Positions 22,744 through 32,000 of a DNA stretch of 32,000 bases are shown here, in pieces. The notes beneath the pieces are model-generated. The model was not told the DNA's origin. It did no database searches and saw nothing but the letters and a program-made list of their open reading frames with translations. Origin of the DNA: Zygophlyctis sp. KS116 (Eukaryota; Fungi; Chytridiomycota); NCBI GenBank assembly GCA_054661495.1, contig BAAFSQ010000006.1, forward strand, positions 60,001 to 92,000. The letters run 5' to 3'. The first letter of the stretch is position 1, and each line of letters begins with the position of its first letter. Position numbers and translations under genes: made by a program.

Positions 22744-25700
22744 ATGGAGAAAGACACATCTAAAAATTTATATAGGAATGATTCTGAAATTCAGAATATA
22801 TGTCTGAATAATGGAATTTCAGAGTCAAGTCTAGTTTACAAGATAGATTCAATAACCAAACTAGAAATGTCGCACTTTAATATTTCAAATATCAATAGGA
22901 AATTCTCAGTATTTACAAATCTTAAATCTCTTACAATTGTAGCGCAAGATATTTCATTCATGTCCGAAAATTCTTTAATTGACTGCAATTGTTTAGAGAA
23001 ATTGTGGATTTGTGAAACTAAAATATCAGAAATAAATGGACTTCCTTGTAATCTCACACATCTCTATATGTATTCAAATCAAATTAAGAGACTTGCAGGT
23101 ATTGAGAAATGTAAAGATTTAAATATTCTTTGGCTAAATGATAATCGTAACTTTAAATATGCTAATCTTAGAAATAAGTAAACTTGAAAATTTGGAACGA
23201 CTTGTTCATTTAAAGGAACTTCATGTTGCTAATAATGAAATTTCTTCAATCGGACACTCTTTGAATATGAACTTGGAATTACAAGATCTAAATATTTCTG
23301 GGAATGATATTTCATCCTTTAGGGAGATTCTACATCTTACAAGACTTCCAAAATTAGAATTCTTATGTCTAAGTGATCCTAATTTTGCAGAAAATCCAAT
23401 ATGCTCGCTTTGCAATTATCAAACGCATGTTGTTTATCATCTGCCAAATTTAAAAACTTTGGATACTTTGGAGGTTTGTGATGATTCAAGAAAAATGATT
23501 TCAGCTACCATATTGAAAAAACGAATGTAAGAATATTTATTCGTGATTATAGGTATTACAATATGCGAATAAAAACAATCAAGCGAAATACAAACTATTT
23601 ATTGAAAATGATTGATGATTTTGCCCAAGCAAATATAGAAAAAATGGTTTATGATCTAAAGGAGTTGGATGTAAGATCAAAGGCAATTCAAAGGGCAATG
23701 TCAGATATGAACATTTTATCAATTAAAAATGGTAAAAGTCCTACAAAATACATTGATTATCAAAATGCTTTACAAGTTATATCAAAGATTGTCGAGAAAA
23801 AGTATAATCTGCTGTCTGTTCATAATGATCACAATAATTGTATTCAGAATCAAATTTCATTACAGAGTGATATGGCTATAAGGTGGGATAACTCGTGCTT
23901 ATTATTTTTAGAAAATTACTACTAGAGCTTGAGACTGGAGGAAATGTTCGATTTGAAGATGAGCAAAAAGATGAGCCATGGGTTAAAGAGTGCGAAGGAT
24001 TGGTCAAAATATTTATAAAGAGAAAACTTGCATCGAACTCTCCAAAATCAGTTCAAATTCATCGACTATCTAAACTTCATAACCGAAATTTGAAGTTATT
24101 ACTAGAAACTAAACTTGGTTCTAAAATGCAGCAACAAAATTATTCATTTCATCTTTGCTGGAAATTTAATCAATCTGAAATGGATGCATTTGAAATTCTG
24201 GAACATGGATTTAGAAAGGATATTCCGCTAACTTTTTCAAACTATATGGACTGCACACTTACAGAAAAATCTTCTGTTGATATTGAGTCATCTAAGCGCC
24301 TAGACAGAGCATTAATAGTTAGAGTCTATACTGATCGAATTTGTGATATTAATGACGGCGGTATTTTTCACAGTAATAACAAAAAAAGATTTGCATAATT
24401 TAGATAAAGAGGCCTATCGATCATATGATGCTGTTTACAAGAATATAAAATCCTCTTCTGACAAAGTAGGTATGGAATCAGTAAAAGACTATGTCATTTT
24501 GGACGGTAGTATAATTGTTCCAGAGTACTTTATCGAATACTCAGTTGAGCGGGAAAAAAATAAGTTTCTAACTAAATTTGAAAGACTCTCATTAGACATC
24601 GCTTATTCTAATAAATTATCACATTCAAATATGCCACAAATCATAGGATCTCTTTCAAAACATTTTGATTCATCACCGGTATCAAGGAATTTAACTAATT
24701 AGTAGAACATTCATAGTAGATTTGACGATGATACAATAGCCGAAATAGAGGAGAAATTTCCCCAAATTAATATCGCCACTACAAATCCTTCAAAAGAAAT
24801 TAATCAATTGGTATTTTAGGCTTTTTATTAATCAGAAGGAACATATGGACATTATAAGTGACAAATTAAATTTAAGTGGAGTTCGAGATATAACACTTGA
24901 AGGGCATGACTTTCACAAGATACAAGACTTATGCTTAAGCTATTGCTCACTTAAACAGTATCCAGATCTTAGTTCTCTGCCTAATTTGGTAATTTTAGAT
25001 GTTAGCCATAATAGTATACATGAATTAGTAGATGGTCTTCAGACTTCTTTAAAATTACAGAATCTGGACATATCAGCCAATTTTATATTGAGCGCTGAAA
25101 ATATCAGGTTTCTAAAAGATTTTCTTCCGGGGATTCAAAAACTAGATCTAAGGTTTAACCCCATCAATTTTAGAAAAGGATATAGATCGATGATAATCTC
25201 AGTTTTGGAAAATCTTTACGTGCTTGATTGCCAAGAAATCATTCCTTCTGAAAAGGTGACTTTTAATAACTTATATTTAGATTTTTTTAAATCAGCGTGG
25301 AATGAAGCAGAAACTTGAAACAGGTTCGTCAGCTCAACCATACCTTTTCCGCCCCTTGAGCATGCGAACCAAATCTGGATATGGCTCATCTGCAACTCTG
25401 AATGAGTATTTACTGTCAATAAAATGTGCCAATCCTATTGAAGCTTTTAATCTCGAGTTAATCACAATACTGGAGCTGGACTCATGCAAATTGTTTAATT
25501 TGAATGATCTACCATTAGGGTAATTATTTTTAATTGAATCTAGTTTGGTAAATTTGAAATGGGCAAGTTTTAGAAATAATGGGCTGCGTGACATCTCTAA
25601 ACTGGCTAGTTATAAGACTTTGGAAGAGTTGACTCTAGAAAATAATGATATAGAAAGTTTAGACTGCTTAGCAAGCATAAAAGGGCTTACTAAATTGGAT

Positions 25701-27198
25701 GCCAGCAAAAACTTAATTACGACTATCGAAAATGCCACAGAATTCGAATCATTGATTCTACTTTCACTAGAAAACAATAAATTGAAAAGCTTACGACCAT
25801 TTTCAAAGATCGCATCTCTTATGGAATTTTGTATATATAAGATTCTTCTAACTATAAGATGCGGCAAATAATAGTATCACTGATCTATTTAATGTATTCA
25901 CTCTGAAAGACTTATCAAGATTGATCATTCTAGACTTAACTGGAAATCATGTTTCCGACCTTGAAAACTACAGAAACTTTACTATTTATCATTTATCTAG
26001 ACTCAAGGTAACAGTAAATTATTTTACTCTTAGATATTGGATGGCTCAGCTATAAGTCAAACAGAGCAGTCAACAGCCAGAGAAGAGTACATGGGTAAAT
26101 TAACAATTGAGCTATTGGGAGAACGTATCGGTCACTTCTATTTCAAGAATATCACAGAACTGGACTTAAGAAATTGCAAAATCAAAGAAGTTGAATGTCT
26201 AAGCAAAGGAGAATTCAAGAATCTAAGAAAACTCAACTTTGATAACAACCTACTGACGAGTATCGACTGCTTTATAAGCTTATCGGGATTGAGATCATTA
26301 AGTTTAAGCAATAATCGTATAGAAAGGCTCCTTTCTTCCGATCCATTATCTTACACTGTATCCGGCTCAAATTTGATATACGGACACAGCTCAAAAATCG
26401 ACATTCCGGAAGGAACCAAATTATCCTACTTTTTACCAATGCTTGAAGAATTAAATCTAGGAAATAACTTAATTACCAGAACTTCAGATTTATATCTCTA
26501 CCGAATGAAGAATTTAAAAATTCTTTTTCTTCACGGAAACAAAATTTCAAAGGTATGAGTATTTTAGAATAATTTATAGGTGGAGGGATTTGAACATATG
26601 ATTAATCTTGTTGAACTAGTATTGGATAAGAACCACATAAAGGCAACTGACCCATCTTCGTTCCTCTCATTGATAAATCTTAAACATCTAAGTATAAGGG
26701 AAAATAGACTTAAGAGTCTTGTAAATTTCGACTGCATTCCTAACTTGCGACGCCTTTTTGCTGGAAATAATCGTATTCATGAATTATTTGAAATTGAAGT
26801 ATGTTTTATAAACTTATTATATTAGAGAATGAAACTTCCAAGCTTGATAGAAATGAACCTAGAAAATACAGCTGTCTCGAGAAAGCAAATGTATCGCACA
26901 ATTGTAATAGTTCAATTTCCTCAAATACGTATCATTGATGGATCTGAAGTATTTAAGGAAGAAAAAATGAGAGCAGAGGTATATTCTTTCAAAGAATTAA
27001 ATGCAGGCATATTATATGGAGCAATGCCTCCTAAGGGACGATCTTAAACCTATCTTGAGGGGAGTAACGCATCCGACATCTCTTCAACAGCATGCTATTT
27101 CAGGTTCAAAGTTACCAATAAAGATCGCCTCCGTTGTTCTTGATGGACTTGAAATGAAACTAACAAGTTACTCTTCGGGATTTGGAGGTAGTGGATAA
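22744..27198 (+). CDS. LRRC9: LRRC9-like SDS22-type leucine-rich repeat ciliary protein, about 1368 aa
   Basis: Multiple LRR blocks plus LRRC9-typical ENPICSLCNYQTHV, KKRMYYNMR, LELETGGNVRFE, PEYFIEY. 13 introns: 23147-23171, 23527-23552, 23883-23911, 24361-24388, 24679-24705, 24811-24838, 25256-25280, 25520-25543, 25831-25858, 26008-26033, 26553-26579, 26799-26825, 26979-27006. Confidence 0.85.
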
Positions 27199-27261
27199 CA
27201 ATTTTAGTTTTTATTCAAAATTTTGAATAAATTTATCACAAATCAAACGGTACATCATGCT

Positions 27262-28113
27262 TTAGGTGTTAATTTCAGCTGCCTTTGCTACACTATGGAT
27301 CTTGGTTTTGTATAATTTATTTGTAATTCCAACTATTGCAGGATCTCCATGTTGTCGGTGTGAGCTTATTTTAGGAGGCACTTTGGTAAATTTAGACATT
27401 TTGAAAAGTTCTGAAGTTTTCACTGATTGTTTTGTCCGAGAATTATTCATTCTAGTTACAACAGTTTTATTATGATGCTTTTTCATAGCCTTTTCCTGAT
27501 CATGAGATTTGTTTGTAATCATACCTTTTCGAGAGCTAATAGTTCCAATTCCTTCTTTTCATGCTTTTGAAGCCATTCTTTTTGAAATCTATCTGTCATA
27601 AGTGATGATACGGGAGTCGAAGGGCGAGTTGGTTTCCCATAGGTAAAGTTTGGATTGTGGTCACTGGGAAGTGGGCACCGCACCCTGATGCCACTCTTTG
27701 TTCCTGGTGGGGCCATTTTTGTACTAACAAAACCCAATGCATGATCCCCAATCTTGACTCGAACAGGATGTTTTTCTCTGTATTCTTTGATACCTTTGGG
27801 AGATATAACTCCTTGCTTTGCGGAATTTCTATTCATGGTTATGTAATCTAAAGCTGGAACAGCGTTTTTTGAAGTAGCTTTAATATTCCAATGCTGTAAA
27901 ACTGATCATTAAGAAATATTTTTGTATTTTACCAGTTGCCGCACATTCTTCTGGATCTCTTTCAATTATTTTTCCATAAACATGATCTTGTCCGGGAAGA
28001 TCATACACTGTCGGACGATTTTTTCCAACCGTTACCTTTACAAGTAGAGGATTGTTGGGAAATCTTTCAGTTGGACTCAACAAAGTTAATCCATTAGAAG
28101 CTGGTGGAGACAT
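27262..28113 (-). CDS. CFAP77: CFAP77-like axonemal microtubule inner protein, about 263 aa
   Basis: NPLLVK..VGK..P..YDLPG.DHVYG, DYITMNR.SAKQG, YGKPTRPSTPV..LM, FKMSKF. Introns 27902-27932, 27496-27524. Confidence 0.8.
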
Positions 28114-28202
28114 TTAAAGGTTTTAAAGGAATTTTTAGGGGATGACGCTTGCATTTGAACGAATTCGCCGATAGTAGTACGTCACCAAACATGATAAATG
28201 AT

Positions 28203-29704
28203 TTATTTATGATCAATATCTATAACTTTCCCTGCAGTTTTGAGAGCAGTGGAGCCTTGATGCTCCTCAAAAGTGTTGATTTTTAAATTTGCATCTACAA
28301 CCACGTATCGTACTGCTGTTCCAGCAAACTCGAAGAGTGCATCATTAAGAACACCTTCAATGATTCTTCTAAGGCCTCTCGCACCTGTTTTCTTTTCAAC
28401 GGCCACTTCAGCAATTTTTCTAATAGATTCCGAATGAAAATGCAATTGCATCTAAAGGTCAATTAACTGAAAGTATTACATCGCTTCTGCGAAATATTTC
28501 ACCATATTGTTTCAAGATTGCATTTTTTGGCTCATTTAAAATTGACATGAGATCTTCTACATTTAAAGGCGATGCACTTGCAATAACTGGCAATCTACCA
28601 ATAAATTCTGGGATTAATCCGAATTTAATCAAATCATCAGATTCCACGCTTTGAAGTGGCTCTTTTAAATCTTTTTCTTCGGCTGCTTTTATGAATTTTT
28701 CAAATCCAATAGAACCTTTTCTACCGACTCTATCTTGGATTAGCTTATCTAATCCAACAAATGCACCAGAACATATAAATAGAATATTTGAAGTATCTAC
28801 TTCAAAAGTTCCTGATCCAAATCTTTTAGAAGTAGCTCCAGGCTTTAACTGAATAGTCACTTTTGTTCCTTCTAACATTCTTAATAATCCTTGTTGAACT
28901 CCTTCTCCAGACACATCCTTTTGATTAGGACTCATCATATCAGATTTTTTGGCAATTTTACTAATGATTAATATCATAAATTACTCGATTTCATCTATAA
29001 ATACAATTCCTCTTTCAGCCCTTTGAACATCATAATCTGCATTCTAAAATCAATTTTTTGATAAAATACTTGAAGAAGCCTACTAATACAACTTTCTACA
29101 TCCTCTCCAACATAACCTGCTTGAGTAAAAGGAGTTGCATCATTCATGGAGAATGGAACATCTAGAAGCTGAGCAGTCGTCTTTGCTATCAAGGTCTTCC
29201 CTATATATTATTAATACTTAAATATTACCGCAACCTGTTGGACCCAGCAATAAAACATTGCTCTTATCTATAACAATATGATTTTCTGAATTTGATTTGG
29301 GTCGATCGTTTAGATTATGTTCTAATCTCTTATAATGACTGTAAACTGCATTCGCAAGAGTTTTTTTGAGTGAATCTTGTCCGACCACATGTTCATCCAA
29401 TTTTTGCTTAATCTACTTTTACTGATGGATTTAATACCTCTTTTGGGTATAAAATCTTTGATCGCATAATATTTATAAGATCTATATAATCTTCTTCCAC
29501 AATTTGCCATGATTCCACCACTGGCTCATTTTGATAAGAATTAAATGAATTAATTCCGGGATAACCATTTCTCTTACTCTCATGTTTAAGTCTACTAACT
29601 TTAATCTTTTCCTTGTTTAGTTTCTTAAATCCATCACGTCCTTGAAAGCCTGAATACGATCTAAAAGTAAAACTGGTGACTTTCTTATCAACAAATCTAC
29701 TCAT
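28203..29704 (-). CDS. clpX: Mitochondrial ClpX AAA+ unfoldase, about 456 aa
   Basis: Basic presequence-like N-terminus; [63 protein letters not shown]. Introns 29413-29437, 29201-29228, 29044-29069, 28961-28984, 28452-28479. Confidence 0.95.
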
Positions 29705-29924
29705 TTTTTAAAAAAGTTTATTTGCCGATATCTTGAAATCCGCCTGATACGATCGGAGAATATCTTGGCACGAATGCATAGTATGATTGTATGCCGCATC
29801 ATCTCTTTAAGATGAGTCACTGGTAAAGATCAGTAAGCTTGGCTGATCAGGCAGAGTCAAGCAGTAAAATTTGCAACTTTCCCCCTCGTCCAAGCACCAG
29901 TTGAACCATTGCAAGATTGTTTTA

Positions 29925-30788
29925 ATGTTTCCCAAGGGATTTGATATCTTTGAGGAAAGAGAGATCACTCCGCTTGAAAACTCTGCCGTCTCATACTTTT
30001 TTTCTCCAGTTCTAATTTATATATATAGGATCACTGGTATCATTATATCTCTGTCTATGATTGGATGTACATTGTTTTATGATCCTGCCTCTTGGCCAAG
30101 GTTTTTAATTAACTGGAGCTGGTTGGGAATATTCTATTACTTTTTAGTAAGTTTAAATATCAGTAATTCTAGATTTCTACTTTTTTATCCAGATCTTATC
30201 TAAAAGATGCTGTAGGTAACAGCACATGGTGGTGTTGGTCTCAAAGTGGAATAATGAATGTAAATTCTATTTTATAATTTTTAGCATGCATACATTGCTT
30301 TATTTTCAACTTCCCAAACGATGCCATGGGTAGCTTCAGTCATTTATGTGTCTAAATTTACTCCAACGACTTTTACTCCAGATTTTATTGTTTGCGACAT
30401 GATTCAACATTCTTTAAATATTGTTGTTGTAACGATTGATCTATTTCTTTGTAAGGCACCTCTTCCAGCTTTTTCCTGTGTCTATCCTCTAATATTTGGA
30501 TGGTTGTACGCATTTTGGACTTGGATATTTGTGTATTCAGGATTTTGGGATTGGCCTTACTCTTTCTTTGACTTTGTATTTAATCCAAAGGAAAGACCAC
30601 TTTGGTTGACTCTTCCAGCTTTAATATGTGCTGTGATTGGAGTATTAATTAATTTTGGAATAGTTTATACCCTGGTAAAGATTAGAGAGTATTTTGGATC
30701 TCAAGACTCTAAAAAAAGTATTCAAGATCATTATAGTTTACCCAGCTGTTTATTTGATGATGATGTTACTTTACAGAATCATTTATAA
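29925..30788 (+). CDS. Multi-pass membrane protein, FAR-17a/AIG1 or Rolling-stone-like, about 270 aa
   Basis: About 6 hydrophobic segments with FLINW, QHSLN and WPYSFFD motifs typical of this clan. Introns 30147-30172, 30260-30284. Confidence 0.65.
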
Positions 30789-30804
30789 TGATTTTATCCT
30801 AGAT

Positions 30805-31476
30805 TTATTCAAAAACCACATTTGCCTGAATTAGATAATCAAAAAACATTGGATCAATATGATTTTTCTCTACAGTAAATTTTTTCAATGGCCTTTTACG
30901 ATCATTCATTAAATAATCTCTAGTCCAACCTCCAGTTAATTTGAGAAATGCACGAGTAAACTCTTGACCATAATTAAGACATCCAGCCATAATTGTATCT
31001 ATGTAAGATTGTGGTATTGGATAATCATACGAAGGAATATGCCTAGATTTCTTAGAATCTGGAAGCTGATAGACCCAAACGATTGAATTCTCATCCTTGA
31101 AGCTATTCTTTTGTTTCCAAGGAATTATTCTAGAATGATGAATCAGTTTCCGTTCATACTCTTTCTCTCTTTCATCCAATAATGATAGATAATGATCTGG
31201 ATCTGGTAATTCTACAAGTATTCCATTACATACACAAGGTCCATTTCTTACAGCAACAGCGGTATATTTACTCTTATTACATTTATACGACCATGTGCGT
31301 TCTAGTCCCTGTACAAGAACAGGAATACCAATAGTATCTGCAGGCAGAGTATTTCTCCTAGAAGATGAGTTCATTAGAGATCCATAGCCAAATATATAAT
31401 GTCTAGTCTTTGATTTCACACTCTTTAGTAGTGGCATTTTCCAATCTTTAGAATTTCTTTTAAATTTGCTTTGCAT
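30805..31476 (-). CDS. Gamma-glutamylcyclotransferase-fold (GGCT/AIG2/ChaC-like) protein, intronless
   Basis: YIFGYGSLMN signature, LDEREKEYER (putative catalytic Glu), PIPQSYID; uninterrupted 223-aa ORF. Start may be 31437. Confidence 0.8.
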   Translation of the reverse strand: MQSKFKRNSKDWKMPLLKSVKSKTRHYIFGYGSLMNSSSRRNTLPADTIGIPVLVQGLERTWSYKCNKSKYTAVAVRNGPCVCNGILVELPDPDHYLSLLDEREKEYERKLIHHSRIIPWKQKNSFKDENSIVWVYQLPDSKKSRHIPSYDYPIPQSYIDTIMAGCLNYGQEFTRAFLKLTGGWTRDYLMNDRKRPLKKFTVEKNHIDPMFFDYLIQANVVFE

Positions 31477-31609
31477 TGTTTAAAAATAATAATAAGCGGT
31501 CGAGTCATTTGTTTAGATTAGCACGTCAAATGTGACGCAAATCACACGGTATCACGTCATTGCGACTACAATCTGATCATTCTCACTGCATTCTTATCTC
31601 TCATAAATA
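31477..31609. promoter_or_regulatory. Bidirectional promoter with clustered bZIP-type sites
   Basis: GAGTCAT 31502-31508, CACGTCA 31522-31528, TGACGCAA 31533-31540, CACGTCAT 31553-31560 within 60 bp of otherwise AT-rich DNA. Confidence 0.5.
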
Positions 31610-31929
31610 ATGGATTTGGATTGGTAATAATCTTAATTCTTAATTACAGGTGTCTAGTATGTGACAAAAAGATCTTTTTAGAACATGAATTATACTGTTC
31701 TAAAGAATGCAGATTTACAGATTTTAAATTATCTAAAAATCAGCCTCTGAAATCTCCAAAATTTAATAATTCTATTAAAAATCTTGAATCAAATTCAGAA
31801 GAAAGGAGCGATTTAATCTTTAAATCTGTTAATTCTCGTCAAAACACGAGATTACAATTGCAAAAAAGAGTTTATTTTGGGCCAAAAGTTTATCTAATAA
31901 GCCCAATATCATCTTTTGAAAATTTTTAA
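31610..31929 (+). CDS. ECL1: Ecl1-family (extender of chronological lifespan) small zinc-binding protein, about 97 aa
   Basis: Spliced MDLDWCLVCDKKI...LYCSKECRFTD with four conserved Cys, then a Ser/Asn-rich tail. Intron 31624-31649. Confidence 0.8.
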
Positions 31930-32000
31930 TAAACAGACTGTATTCGTAAATTTAAAAAGTAATTTTCAAGTTTAACTTTTCAAAATCATAAGAGAAATGA

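Noticed and set aside
2586-27851. Short antisense or alternative-frame ORFs (e.g. 2586-2792, 3051-3266, 7608-7880, 12838-13062, 20897-21100, 25334-25594, 27266-27475)
   Set aside because: They are shadows of well-supported genes and have no recognisable motifs.
1-32000. Fragmented ORFs as pseudogenes, frameshifts or stop-codon reassignment
   Set aside because: Each break is bracketed by GT...AG and its removal restores frame and conserved motifs under the standard code.
1-32000. Prokaryotic operon, CRISPR array, transposon, tRNA or rRNA
   Set aside because: Gene content and introns are eukaryotic; I saw no repeat-spacer array, transposase or RT motif, terminal repeat or cloverleaf.

Overview
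AT-rich, extremely compact eukaryotic nuclear DNA, most likely from a flagellated (zoosporic, chytrid-like) fungus. Fungal markers (PHO81, BUR1-type CDK, Ecl1) sit beside centriole/axoneme genes (OFD1, SPEF1, LRRC9, CFAP77). I reconstructed 19 protein-coding genes by hand (the first is 5'-partial). The fragmented ORF track is explained by about 70 GT-AG introns: about 65 are only 24-32 nt and five are 48-82 nt. Every complete spliced model has a length divisible by 3 under the standard code. Intergenic gaps are tiny (11-24 nt for the tightest convergent pairs, 30 nt between divergent start codons, 31 nt tandem). The most interesting signal is the splicing architecture: ultra-short introns, often with purine-rich AAG acceptors, plus long introns whose extra length folds into hairpins leaving about 26-36 nt of effective length. 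I saw no rRNA, tRNA, CRISPR array or mobile element. All identifications rest on motif recognition, not database searches.
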